Virus record (IMG/VR): IMGVR_UViG_3300009185_000001
Location: 32,001 to 96,000 of that record
Source: a virus
Taxonomy: Duplodnaviria > Caudoviricetes
Length of the DNA: 64,000 nt
Strand: one strand, 5' to 3'
Part shown: piece after piece, positions 15,725 to 25,346 of the stretch
How the letters are laid out: each line of letters opens with the position of its first letter
Position numbering within the stretch: position 1 is the first letter of the stretch
Position numbers and translations under genes: made by a program
The notes under the pieces: model-generated
What the model was told of the DNA's origin: nothing
Seen by the model: the letters and a program-made list of their open reading frames with translations, nothing else
The model's database searches: none

Positions 15725-18502
15725 TTATGCTTCACATGATTTACATGTCAAGATAGATCTTGCAAGCTCCTGGGCTGGATTTGCACTACGTTGATAATAC
15801 AATGATTTAATCCCCTGTTCCCAAGCAAAGATCATAAGTTCATTTACTTCTTTTGGCTTTGTATTTGGTGGAATCATTATATTTAAACTCTGTCCTTGAT
15901 CAATATATTTTTGACGTTGAGCAGCTTGAATAATGATTTCTTTTTGTGAAATTTCACCAAATGTTTTAAACACTTCTTTTTCATTATCAGAAAGAAAATC
16001 TAAATGTTGAACCGATCCACCATGAACTAAAATAGACTTCCAAGTATCATCATCGTGTTTACCTTTTTCTTTCAAAAGATTTTTAAGATGTGGATTTTTA
16101 TTTGTAAATTTACCTTTAGCAAGGTCTTTGACATAATAGTTACTATTCAATGGTTCAATACTAGGCGATACTTGCCCAAGAATAAAGCTGGATGAGGTTG
16201 TCGGAGCAACTGCAAGGGTTGTTGTATTTCTCCTAGCATATTCGGTTCCTTCGTAAATTGGAGCTTTTCCAAGAGTCTGTGCTAAAAATCTTGTTGCGTA
16301 ATCAGCGCGTTTTCTAATATCTCCCCAAATTTGATTATTTAACATCTTCGCTTCCATTGATTCAAACGCAATCATTTTAGATTGCAACAAAGAATGCCAA
16401 CCAAGAACACCGACACCCAATGCTCTTTGATTCATAGCAAACTTTCTAGGTGCTTCCATGAACTTCATTCCTTCGGTTTTTTCGATGAACTCAGACATTA
16501 CAGCATCCAAAAAGTAAACTAAAACCTCTACTGTATCGGAGGTCCATTCTTCCCAAGTTTCCAAGTTTAGAGAAGAAAGATCACACACAAAAGATTCATC
16601 TTCTGAATTAGAAAGCATAATTTCTGAGCAATTATGAGTAATAAATCCATTACACACCCAATGATGCTCTTCTGAATCAACGCTAACGCAATAAACGTCT
16701 TCTTTTCCAACATATTCAATGGATTGAACTTTGTAGAATTTTTTAGTGTTGTTTCTATATTCCTTTTCTTCTATTTTAATTTTTTTTCTACTCAAGAAAC
16801 TCGTGTTTTTTTCAAAAACAAGTGCATCATTTTTATTTCCAATAATAAGTCGATAGCAATCTTTACATTCATAATGTTTTTTACCACCTTTACCATCAGG
16901 TAATAGTGTTTTACCAGCTTCTCTAAGAATTCTAATAGAGGTTTGCATTCCAAGATTAGCCAAAATTATCTGAATTTCTTCTAAAAATTCTTTATTAATA
17001 GATGCTAATGAAATTTGTACTGGTTCGCCATCAGATTTTGATTTAAAAACCGTACCATCTGCATAATAAAGACCTTTAATATATTGCCATTGTGTCTCTT
17101 CGTTAGAAGACCAAATCCAATCTGGCACATATCCCTTTTCAAAATTGAGTGCCTTTTTCAAAGCCTTTGACGTTAATCTCTTTTTTAAAGATGAACCCTC
17201 TTGAACCACGCAGTCTCTAAAAATTGGATTTTCATAAATTCTTTTATTATAACTAGAAATTTGAGTTTTATATTCATTGCAAACATAATCATGATATGAC
17301 TGAACTTCATTTAAAAGATCAAAATCATTTTCCCATAAATCAATCATAATAAAATCTTTATGTTGAGTACCGTCGGCTTGATATAACCCAAGCAGAAATG
17401 CTTCTTTTGGCATATTATTGTCTCCAAAAAGTCCTTTGTTTGTTTGAATTGCAACCGAATCACCAATTTTTAAATCTTCACATGCTACATCTCTCGTAAT
17501 TATCACTTGAGGTTCGTTTGTTTTTTGAGTTCTTTTATCAAAAACAGAAACTTTATGGTAAGACGTAATTTTGTGTGTCATACCGTTTTCTAATGTAATT
17601 TTAAATACATCAGCGTTATTTTCTATAAGTCTCATTGGAGAAGATTTTACTATTTTATTATTGTCAAATAAAGTTAATTCTTTTCCAATTTCATAAAGTT
17701 CCTTTGCTGTCAAAATGCCAAAGTTGGAAGGAACTCTTTGATCACCTGTTACACACAAATTAGAATTATTAATTTTCAATCCTTTATCTTTATAAATTTG
17801 CGGAGCTTGATTATTAACATTGTCACTAAAAAGAATATATGGATATCCAGATTCAAAACGCTTTTTAATAACAAGACCCCAAATTTTACGAGCATCTTTA
17901 TCACCATCAATCATTTTTTTCATCCATTCATCGGAAACCGAAACTCCAATTGATAAATCTTGAATATCGCATCCATCGGATTTAATCTTCAAAAACTCTT
18001 CAATATCCGGATGATCGATTGGAAGATATGCAGCAAATGATCCCCTACGAACATTTCCCTGTGAAACAACATTCATGAGTTTATCAAACAATTCCATGAA
18101 ATGTACCGAGCCTGTAGATTCTCCACCGGATGAAATCGGTGTTCCTCTTCCTCTAAGACCACCAAAATATGCAGATGTACCGCCACCGTGTTTTGTCATT
18201 ACAGCAGTCTCAGAAACCTTCTCCATGATTCCTTCCATAGTGTCGGGAATGTAAGAACCAAAGCAACTAATAGGCAATCCTCTTTTGCGTCCAAAATTTG
18301 ACCAGATGGGCGAACTCAAACTGAAAAAACCCCTGGACATATAATCCTCAAATTTATCAGCAAACCCTTCACATTTTAAATATTTTTCCGCTGCTTCTGC
18401 AATATCTCTAATTCTCTGTTCTGCTGTTTCTCCTTCTAACAAGTACCCTCTTTCGAGAAATTTTCTTGAGTCTTTGTTTAGCCATTCGTATTTGTTTGTC
18501 AT
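15725..18502 (-). CDS. nrdA: Ribonucleotide reductase class Ia alpha subunit, intein-containing
   Basis: LSSPIW, ISCF, GGGTS, RRGSFAAY, SNL-[intein]-CSEI, APTTSSS, GIKSLYY, terminal CxxC. Confidence 0.95.
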   Translation of the reverse strand: MTNKYEWLNKDSRKFLERGYLLEGETAEQRIRDIAEAAEKYLKCEGFADKFEDYMSRGFFSLSSPIWSNFGRKRGLPISCFGSYIPDTMEGIMEKVSETAVMTKHGGGTSAYFGGLRGRGTPISSGGESTGSVHFMELFDKLMNVVSQGNVRRGSFAAYLPIDHPDIEEFLKIKSDGCDIQDLSIGVSVSDEWMKKMIDGDKDARKIWGLVIKKRFESGYPYILFSDNVNNQAPQIYKDKGLKINNSNLCVTGDQRVPSNFGILTAKELYEIGKELTLFDNNKIVKSSPMRLIENNADVFKITLENGMTHKITSYHKVSVFDKRTQKTNEPQVIITRDVACEDLKIGDSVAIQTNKGLFGDNNMPKEAFLLGLYQADGTQHKDFIMIDLWENDFDLLNEVQSYHDYVCNEYKTQISSYNKRIYENPIFRDCVVQEGSSLKKRLTSKALKKALNFEKGYVPDWIWSSNEETQWQYIKGLYYADGTVFKSKSDGEPVQISLASINKEFLEEIQIILANLGMQTSIRILREAGKTLLPDGKGGKKHYECKDCYRLIIGNKNDALVFEKNTSFLSRKKIKIEEKEYRNNTKKFYKVQSIEYVGKEDVYCVSVDSEEHHWVCNGFITHNCSEIMLSNSEDESFVCDLSSLNLETWEEWTSDTVEVLVYFLDAVMSEFIEKTEGMKFMEAPRKFAMNQRALGVGVLGWHSLLQSKMIAFESMEAKMLNNQIWGDIRKRADYATRFLAQTLGKAPIYEGTEYARRNTTTLAVAPTTSSSFILGQVSPSIEPLNSNYYVKDLAKGKFTNKNPHLKNLLKEKGKHDDDTWKSILVHGGSVQHLDFLSDNEKEVFKTFGEISQKEIIIQAAQRQKYIDQGQSLNIMIPPNTKPKEVNELMIFAWEQGIKSLYYQRSANPAQELARSILTCKSCEA
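16631..17755 (-). mobile_element. Contiguous 375 aa intein with LAGLIDADG endonuclease in nrdA
   Basis: Begins CVTGDQRV after NSNL; ends GFITHN before the catalytic Cys (CSE); internal LLGLYQADG and IKGLYYADG. Confidence 0.93.
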
Positions 18503-18508
18503 ATAAAA

Positions 18509-19480
18509 TTAAAATAATTCAGATTCATCAAAACACTGAGATTTTTTAGAATATCCAGTGTCTTTGGAATGGAAAAAGTCGGTCATGTTATTGCCCAATA
18601 ATTCCTCCTGAAACCACATTGTAGAAGAAATAAGATTTTTGTCAATCTCAAAAGCAGCAGGAAATCCAATCATTTTAAGGGATTCATTGATTCTATTTTT
18701 AACAAACTCTTTAAGAATAACAGCACTAAGACCTTCCTCTTTGATTCCGTTTATCATCCAATCAATAATTTTTGCTTCTGCTGCGTATGCTTCTTTAGCT
18801 TCCGCAATAATTTTACTCACAAACTCATCATCAAACAATTCTGGATATTCTTCTCTGATGGTATTAATGATTTGAGCACCGACCATGCCATGAATATTCT
18901 CTTCATTTCGTGTGTATTTTACCTGTTGATCCGTATCTTTAAGAACATTCTTGAAGCGAGCGAACCAATTGATTACATAGAATTGAGAAAACAATGATAC
19001 GTTTTCAACAAATAATGTAAAAAGAGTTAATGCATAGACATATTGCTTTTTTGAGTCCTTATAATAGCGATGAGTATATTTTTTAAGATATTTTACCCTA
19101 CCTTGAATCCAATCGAGGTTTAAATTATTTTCAAAAACCTCTTCCAAACCAAGAATAGAAATAAGACGTTCATATGCATTGTTATGTATAACTTCTGTAT
19201 TCGCCATAACGTATCCCAAATCTTGCAGTGCGGGATGTGGAAGATTCTCACCAAGCTTTGCCCAAAAAGATTTTACAGAAATTTCAATTTGTCCAATTGC
19301 AGATAAAGTGCGTATAACTATTTCTCTTTCTTGATCAGTTAAATTAACTTTAAATTGTTGAACATCAGACTTAAAGGAAAATTCTTTATCCGTCCAAAAG
19401 CCATTATGCATAGCTTCAATAAATTTTTCTGTCCAAGGGTAGTTGTTTGGTTTGCGCGAGATTTGTTCTTCGAATATCAT
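18509..19480 (-). CDS. nrdB: Ribonucleotide reductase class Ia beta subunit
   Basis: EVIHNNAY, VENVSLFSQF, RNEENIHG diiron-ligand motifs; adjacent to nrdA. Confidence 0.95.
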   Translation of the reverse strand: MIFEEQISRKPNNYPWTEKFIEAMHNGFWTDKEFSFKSDVQQFKVNLTDQEREIVIRTLSAIGQIEISVKSFWAKLGENLPHPALQDLGYVMANTEVIHNNAYERLISILGLEEVFENNLNLDWIQGRVKYLKKYTHRYYKDSKKQYVYALTLFTLFVENVSLFSQFYVINWFARFKNVLKDTDQQVKYTRNEENIHGMVGAQIINTIREEYPELFDDEFVSKIIAEAKEAYAAEAKIIDWMINGIKEEGLSAVILKEFVKNRINESLKMIGFPAAFEIDKNLISSTMWFQEELLGNNMTDFFHSKDTGYSKKSQCFDESELF

Positions 19481-19515
19481 ATGTCTATATTTAATAAAAG
19501 TTCCCTGATTGTCTT

Positions 19516-19890
19516 CTATTTTTTTTTAGATGTCAAAGCTTTTTTTTGTTTAGATAATCGTTTTTGTAATTCTGATTTGTATAACTTGTTGGACAAAATT
19601 TTTAAAAAATATGCTAAGTCTAATGAATCACAAACATTTACTATTCTACTTTCTGTATACTTTACCATACTTTCAGAGTAATCAGGAAACAAGTAATGAA
19701 CACATTCATGATACGCTGTTGATAATAAATCTCTCCTATAATCCAATTCAATGTCTGTCCAATTACACAATCCTACCGATGCTCTCATTTTCCTAAATGA
19801 AAAAAATTCTGCTGGTTTTCTTTTAACCAAATTTACGCATTTTTCATGTATTTCGTAAATTTGTTTTTTTGATAACTTTTCCATATGCAT
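19516..19890 (-). CDS. Hypothetical protein with HExxH motif
   Basis: TAYHECVHYLF. Confidence 0.55.
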   Translation of the reverse strand: MHMEKLSKKQIYEIHEKCVNLVKRKPAEFFSFRKMRASVGLCNWTDIELDYRRDLLSTAYHECVHYLFPDYSESMVKYTESRIVNVCDSLDLAYFLKILSNKLYKSELQKRLSKQKKALTSKKK

Positions 19891-19953
19891 AATAATTATG
19901 GAATGTTTTAAAAAAGGCTTGCCTTTTATGAATATTCATATATTCTGAAGATC

Positions 19954-21183
19954 ATGCTCTCATTAAAACAAAATCAGATACAGTCAATCCATGTAGAAGG
20001 AAATGAAGATTCTTTCTATAATACTATTAATGATAATGAATTTCCAATAAGAAAATATATAGAAAAAAAATATGGTCATTGTACAGGGTTTTTTTATTCA
20101 GACGACGAATATACTGGGCTTGCTTTTAAACATTTACTTAAAAAAGGAAAACTTTTATCATATACTTCTGTCGGAAAGAGCAATTTTGTTAAAAAAGATT
20201 TTTATGAAGGTATTAGAGGAGGAACTTTTTGGTTTTATTATAAAAACATATATGTTCGTCTTTCAATGAAAAATCAACCGGATGATTGTGAGTATATGTC
20301 AAACAGCAGTTTGAGTTCTCCTCCTAGTAATATTATTATCGATGAATCAGAAGATGTGGAAGGTGGTTATAGTGAAAGTAATAAAACATTTTCTATTTTA
20401 TTCTGTGCTCCAATCACTGTTCAAAAGTTTCCTTTAGAAGATTTTGATCCATTTATACTAACAAAAACTAAAGGAAGAATTCATATTTTCATTAAGAATC
20501 AATATGGAGAATATGATTTTGAACCGATAAAATTAGATAATTCAAGGAGTGTAGACATTGAACTCAATTATGGAAGTGGGTTTTCAGAAATAAATGAAAC
20601 TATTTTAGAACGATTGCAAACAAAAACAAATGGATTGTATATGTTTCATGGTTCTCCGGGTACGGGAAAAACCACATATATAAAATATCTAACTACTCAA
20701 GTAGAAAAGGATTTTATTTATGTTCCAACAAATATGTTGGAATACTTTACTACAGATCCTAATAGCCTTTCTATACTTCTTAGAAAGCCAAATTCAGTTA
20801 TCATCCTAGAAGATGCAGAGAAAGCTATTTTAAAGCGAGAAGACGGTGGAAGTTCGTCTGCTGTTTCTTCTCTGTTGAATCTTTCAGATGGAATCATGAG
20901 CGACATCATGAAAACTTCTATTATAGTTACATATAATTGTTCTAAGCATGATATTGATGAAGCTCTTAGACGCAAAGGACGCTTACAGATAGATTATGAA
21001 TTCGGATTATTATCAATAACAGATGCAAAGCTACTTGCTAATAGTCTTAACTATCCTGCGGATTTTGTAGAAACCGAAATAACCAAAAATACCTCATTAG
21101 CAGATATATATAATCTACAAACTAAAGTGGATTTCTTGGATAAAAAAACAAAATCAAATCGTGTGATTGGATTTGGACAATGA
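19954..21183 (+). CDS. AAA+ ATPase
   Basis: Walker A GSPGTGKT, Walker B VIILEDAE, LLNLSDG, arginine finger ALRRKGRL. Confidence 0.9.
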   Translation: MLSLKQNQIQSIHVEGNEDSFYNTINDNEFPIRKYIEKKYGHCTGFFYSDDEYTGLAFKHLLKKGKLLSYTSVGKSNFVKKDFYEGIRGGTFWFYYKNIYVRLSMKNQPDDCEYMSNSSLSSPPSNIIIDESEDVEGGYSESNKTFSILFCAPITVQKFPLEDFDPFILTKTKGRIHIFIKNQYGEYDFEPIKLDNSRSVDIELNYGSGFSEINETILERLQTKTNGLYMFHGSPGTGKTTYIKYLTTQVEKDFIYVPTNMLEYFTTDPNSLSILLRKPNSVIILEDAEKAILKREDGGSSSAVSSLLNLSDGIMSDIMKTSIIVTYNCSKHDIDEALRRKGRLQIDYEFGLLSITDAKLLANSLNYPADFVETEITKNTSLADIYNLQTKVDFLDKKTKSNRVIGFGQ

Positions 21184-21998
21184 AGACTCCTAATTTAGAT
21201 ACTATTATAGAACTATATGATTCTTTTTCAGATATTAAATTCTTTGAAAAGAATCATACATATGAAATTTCAGGTAAAAAGGCTAAAATTTCGGTTTCTG
21301 GTCTCATTTCTAAATACGAAAAGCCTTTCAATACTGATGTAATCGCAGCAAGAGTAGCAAAAAAGGAAAAAGTTCCTGTAAAAACTATTCTTGAAAAATG
21401 GGAGAAAAATAAAAATTATTCTTGTCACAAAGGTTCAGAATTTCATTTACATGTTGAAAATTTCTTAGAACGTAGAATTGTTCCAATAGATAGAGAAGCA
21501 TTTGTCAATTTCATGTCACCAAAGGGAGAATTATTCTCTTGTGAAAATTCTGAAATTGAAAAATATTATAATGAAATGGCCATTCTTATAAGAAATTTTA
21601 GAAATTTTTATGAATGGTGGAAAGAAGATCATATTCTTATTAAATCAGAATTTGTAATAGGAGATAAAGAATCTATGATCTGTGGAACAATTGATAATCT
21701 TTCTTATAACAAAAAAACAAAAGAATTTGTTATTTTTGATTATAAAACTAATAAAAAAATTGAAAGAAAAAATTCATATGGTGAAAATTTCTTAAAACCA
21801 TTTGAACATATTTCAAAGTGTGAACATACAAAATATAGCTTTCAACTTTCATTGTATAGTTTGATATTTGAAAGAAATTCTCCATTTAAAATAAACTCTT
21901 CTTATATTGTTTGGGTTGCTGGAGAAAATGATTATGAATTAATTTCTCCGATAGATTTTAAACACGAAGCAGAAATAATGTTAAATTCAAAAAATTAA
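21180..21998 (+). CDS. PD-(D/E)XK exonuclease (Cas4/lambda-exo-like)
   Basis: KGSEFH, KSEF, CGTIDNL, IFDYKT, YSFQLSLY. Confidence 0.85.
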   Translation: MKTPNLDTIIELYDSFSDIKFFEKNHTYEISGKKAKISVSGLISKYEKPFNTDVIAARVAKKEKVPVKTILEKWEKNKNYSCHKGSEFHLHVENFLERRIVPIDREAFVNFMSPKGELFSCENSEIEKYYNEMAILIRNFRNFYEWWKEDHILIKSEFVIGDKESMICGTIDNLSYNKKTKEFVIFDYKTNKKIERKNSYGENFLKPFEHISKCEHTKYSFQLSLYSLIFERNSPFKINSSYIVWVAGENDYELISPIDFKHEAEIMLNSKN

Positions 21999-22069
21999 AA
22001 TAAAAAAAATATTTTTTTTTGTTGAAATGTAATAATTCGAGGTAAATATCATTACAACAATACAACTAT

Positions 22070-22891
22070 ATGTCATTCATGAAATCATACCTCTCAGTAT
22101 TAAACGAAGATACAAAGAAGAATTCCAGCGTTGCAGCTGATAACACTGGAGAACTTGAAGGTGCAGAAAAAGCAAAGAAATTTGTTAAAGATTCTGGACC
22201 AGAAGCCGTAAAAACTGAAAAACCAGTTAAGGGACCACACTCCGAACAAGATGCTGATTCACTTCCTAAATCTGTTAGCAGCGAATCTAAAAACCCATTT
22301 GATCTCCTTTATAATAAAATTTTAGCTCAAGAAGCATTTGGTGAAGAAGAGGGCGATACCTTAGATTTTTCCGGTGAAGTTGAAGATGAAGCTGGTGATG
22401 AAATGAACTTTGACATGGAAGATTTAGAAGAACCTTCTGAAGAAGAAGGAGAAGAAACCGAAAAAGAAGGTCTTGAAGCTGTTCTCGATCATTTAAAAAG
22501 TGCTGTATCCGCCTTAGAGTCTTTAATCGGTGAAGAAGAAGGCGAAGAAGAAGGCGAAGAAGAAGGCGAAGAAGATATGGATATGGACGAAGAAGACATG
22601 GATTCTGATGAAGATATGGGAGAATATCCAGTTTCTGAGGAATCTGTGGAAGCCGAAATTGAAGGCCATGCGCTCGTTAATAAGGAAAGATTAGAAAATA
22701 AATTAAACAAATCTTCAAATCAAAAAGTCAAAAATGCTGTTCCGGTAACTAAAAAGAAAGCACAAGTTACTAAAGGAACTCGATATGACGGAAAGCCTGA
22801 ACCCTTCCGTTCAAATCCAGAAGAATTAACAAAACCATCTAAACACAATGTTGGTGGAGTTAAAGTTGGAAAAGGTCTTTTTGATCAGTAA
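22070..22891 (+). CDS. Highly acidic protein, possible prohead core/scaffold
   Basis: Long Glu/Asp tracts; lies at the start of the morphogenesis block. Confidence 0.45.
   Translation: MSFMKSYLSVLNEDTKKNSSVAADNTGELEGAEKAKKFVKDSGPEAVKTEKPVKGPHSEQDADSLPKSVSSESKNPFDLLYNKILAQEAFGEEEGDTLDFSGEVEDEAGDEMNFDMEDLEEPSEEEGEETEKEGLEAVLDHLKSAVSALESLIGEEEGEEEGEEEGEEDMDMDEEDMDSDEDMGEYPVSEESVEAEIEGHALVNKERLENKLNKSSNQKVKNAVPVTKKKAQVTKGTRYDGKPEPFRSNPEELTKPSKHNVGGVKVGKGLFDQ
22532..22576 (+). repeat. Coding tandem repeat (GAAGAAGAAGGC)x3 plus partial copy
   Basis: Read directly; encodes EEEG repeats. Confidence 0.9.
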
Positions 22892-22911
22892 TATAAAAAA
22901 ACATAATATTT

Positions 22912-22946
22912 AAAAAATCCGATACATTGTATCGGATTTTTTTTTG
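22912..22946. terminator. Bidirectional intrinsic terminator
   Basis: AAAAAATCCGATAC-att-GTATCGGATTTTTT perfect 14-bp inverted repeat with T tract. Confidence 0.85.
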
Positions 22947-22965
22947 CTATGACTAAGTATAGGAT

Positions 22966-23316
22966 ATGGAAAACTTTTCTAAATTTTTTGATGCTTCGAA
23001 AGAAAGATTTACTCCGAACACTAGAAAACATCATCAGAATCCAATTCGTTCTATAAACAGAAAACATCAAAATCAGGTTGCAAGAATGTACGGTGCAGCA
23101 GGAAGAAAAGATGATCCTATAGTAGATAGCATTGTAAAATATGATAAAGTTGGAAAATGGCCTGTTGGAATCGCTGCTGCACAACGACTTTTAAAAACAT
23201 ACGGAATAAAACATCTTCCAGAAAAAAGCTATTCAAAGGCAATAAACAGAACAGGAATCATGATTAATTATGATTCAAACACTAAAAAATTTACGTTAAG
23301 TAGACAAAGAAAATAA
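22966..23316 (+). CDS. Basic hypothetical late protein
   Basis: 116 aa ORF with TAAGTA 6 nt upstream. Confidence 0.65.
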   Translation: MENFSKFFDASKERFTPNTRKHHQNPIRSINRKHQNQVARMYGAAGRKDDPIVDSIVKYDKVGKWPVGIAAAQRLLKTYGIKHLPEKSYSKAINRTGIMINYDSNTKKFTLSRQRK

Positions 23317-23317
23317 T

Positions 23318-23947
23318 ATGGAAAGTTTAAGATATTTAAATAAAACAAAAAACCAAACAGAAAGACAAAACTTTTCAAATTGGTGGAAAGAACAAATAAA
23401 CATCTACGGACAAGAAGTTTTATATTATTCCAATACCGCACCGCTTTCTAGTTTTAACTTTTTATATGGTGAAAAACCAGACGGTGGCTTTACCGATGGT
23501 AAACCACTGATTGTTTTATTAAATTTAAATAACGATTCTCTTTTACTTTCAAAATTTGGAATACTAGCAGATAGTGATATGTCCGGAGTAATCCATCCTT
23601 ATCACTTTACGTTGCTATATGGTCTATCCTCGGAACCAAGAGCAGGGGATTTGATGATGCTATCTGAATTTGGAATAGACAGATTGAATTACCCTAGAAG
23701 AGGACCAACAATTTATCAACTTACAGAAGTAATAGATGAATTTCAAGGGAATCCACTAGGAGGACATTATGTTTGGTTTTTTAAAGGTAAGCGATATGAC
23801 TATAGCTTTGAAACAAATAGTCCAGGTTCTGGAATGGGAAATATTCCTCTGGATGATAATGATAAAGCCAATGAAGCAAGTTTAAATAACTTTGATTATG
23901 CTACAGAAAATCCATGCGACAATACTTCTGTATATGGAAATTATTGA
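23318..23947 (+). CDS. Neck/head-closure protein (gp14-like)
   Basis: EQINIYGQEVLYY...SKFGI...GDL pattern of T4-like neck proteins. Confidence 0.55.
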   Translation: MESLRYLNKTKNQTERQNFSNWWKEQINIYGQEVLYYSNTAPLSSFNFLYGEKPDGGFTDGKPLIVLLNLNNDSLLLSKFGILADSDMSGVIHPYHFTLLYGLSSEPRAGDLMMLSEFGIDRLNYPRRGPTIYQLTEVIDEFQGNPLGGHYVWFFKGKRYDYSFETNSPGSGMGNIPLDDNDKANEASLNNFDYATENPCDNTSVYGNY

Positions 23948-24231
23948 ATAATTTCTATATTTAGATTGTCATTAGAATTTTCTTCGGAGTAACAAACATC
24001 TATGTTATAATCTTCCATTAGGATTTTCTTTAAAATGATATCCTCGGTAGCGGTGATATAATCTCTGATTGCCTTTGGCTTATATACTATCTTTTCTGGA
24101 GAAACACCCTTTTGTTCTGCTTTATCAGAAACAATATTCACAGCCTCGTATAGAGCTATCCACTTGGATAACATAGAAGCTTTTCCATGCATTTCTTCCC
24201 ACCATGTAATTGGATTTGTTTTAGTATTCAT
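23941..24231 (-). CDS. Hypothetical protein
   Basis: 96 aa ORF. Confidence 0.6.
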   Translation of the reverse strand: MNTKTNPITWWEEMHGKASMLSKWIALYEAVNIVSDKAEQKGVSPEKIVYKPKAIRDYITATEDIILKKILMEDYNIDVCYSEENSNDNLNIEIIQ

Positions 24232-24233
24232 GA

Positions 24234-24662
24234 TTATTCTTTTATAAAAGTTGGAGCTGAGAGTGCGCTTTGATTGCTTATAACTGGTTCTGTAATTCTA
24301 GCAACTGTAAAATTGATATTAACAAAATTCCTCTTTTCGCATGAATCACACACAAATTCTACTCTTTCGTTTTCATCTGGAATAAAAGTCAATACATTAG
24401 GTTTTTTACAATAAGCACATTCCAATATTGTAGATAGTTGCTCTAACTTATCTAATTCTTTTTGTCTGGTGATTTGATAAAAATAGTTATTAAACAACCC
24501 CCCAAAAAAGGAAAATAGAATATATTGAATGCTAAGAGATAATAGAAATGCAGCAATATAATTCTGTCCCACCATCCAAGCAGATAGTGATATTAAAGCA
24601 GATGTTAGTGTTACAGTTAGTGTTGATTTTAGAAATAATATTACTTCTTTGTTAATTTTCAT
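24234..24662 (-). CDS. Membrane protein with Zn ribbon
   Basis: Two N-terminal TM segments; CAYC...CDSC. Confidence 0.65.
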   Translation of the reverse strand: MKINKEVILFLKSTLTVTLTSALISLSAWMVGQNYIAAFLLSLSIQYILFSFFGGLFNNYFYQITRQKELDKLEQLSTILECAYCKKPNVLTFIPDENERVEFVCDSCEKRNFVNINFTVARITEPVISNQSALSAPTFIKE

Positions 24663-24707
24663 AATTTGAATATTACATCAAATCATCAAAATTGTAAAGA
24701 TATATTT

Positions 24708-25151
24708 TTAAAAAATATTAGGATTTTGCTTTGCATCAATCTCTACTAGATTTGCAAAGTTTAATACATTACTTCCAACCTTTTTAATTCCTATTAATGA
24801 AGTTTTTGTCAATTTCATCAAAACTTTAATAGCTAGTTTTTGTCTTTTGTTTAGTGATGGGTTTTCACTTACACAACGCTGCATTTTTCTATATGCAGAA
24901 AGAAGATATACAAAACTATCCGCTAAATCGCTAGTAACTGTATCCAAAGGCCAAGGAATTGATGGAATCTTTTCCGGTTCTGGAGCAGTTGGTGGAAACA
25001 CTGGAGGAGAACCTTTCTGGTATGGAAAGGAATATCCTTGGCTACTGCTGTATGGTTGATAATCTTTTCTAGGTAATTCACTAGTACCACCATATTGGCG
25101 ATTATTCCACAAGCCATCCAAGGACTCTTCAAGTGTTTCTTCGAAGTTCAT
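24708..25151 (-). CDS. Hypothetical protein
   Basis: 147 aa ORF, Pro-rich middle. Confidence 0.6.
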   Translation of the reverse strand: MNFEETLEESLDGLWNNRQYGGTSELPRKDYQPYSSSQGYSFPYQKGSPPVFPPTAPEPEKIPSIPWPLDTVTSDLADSFVYLLSAYRKMQRCVSENPSLNKRQKLAIKVLMKLTKTSLIGIKKVGSNVLNFANLVEIDAKQNPNIF

Positions 25152-25152
25152 T

Positions 25153-25335
25153 TTAGTTTACTCTTCCAACTTTAACCAAATTTCCACATCTGGAACAAAC
25201 CCATCTACAGATGTTTTCTGTTTCTTTGGTTTGTTGATTTTGTATAGAAGATACTTGACCGCTAACATTTGCTCCGCAAAAGGTGCAAGCAATCGGCCTG
25301 TTTGTAACTGTATTATATGATGGAGTATTATTCAT
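25153..25335 (-). CDS. Small Zn-ribbon protein
   Basis: CTFCG...CSRCG. Confidence 0.65.
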   Translation of the reverse strand: MNNTPSYNTVTNRPIACTFCGANVSGQVSSIQNQQTKETENICRWVCSRCGNLVKVGRVN

Positions 25336-25346
25336 GTCGTATTTAC

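Noticed and set aside
21180-21998. CRISPR-associated Cas4
   Set aside because: No Fe-S cysteine set, cas genes or array; generic phage PD-(D/E)XK exonuclease
22532-22620. Tandem repeats as a CRISPR array or VNTR element
   Set aside because: No unique spacers; in-frame acidic low-complexity coding sequence
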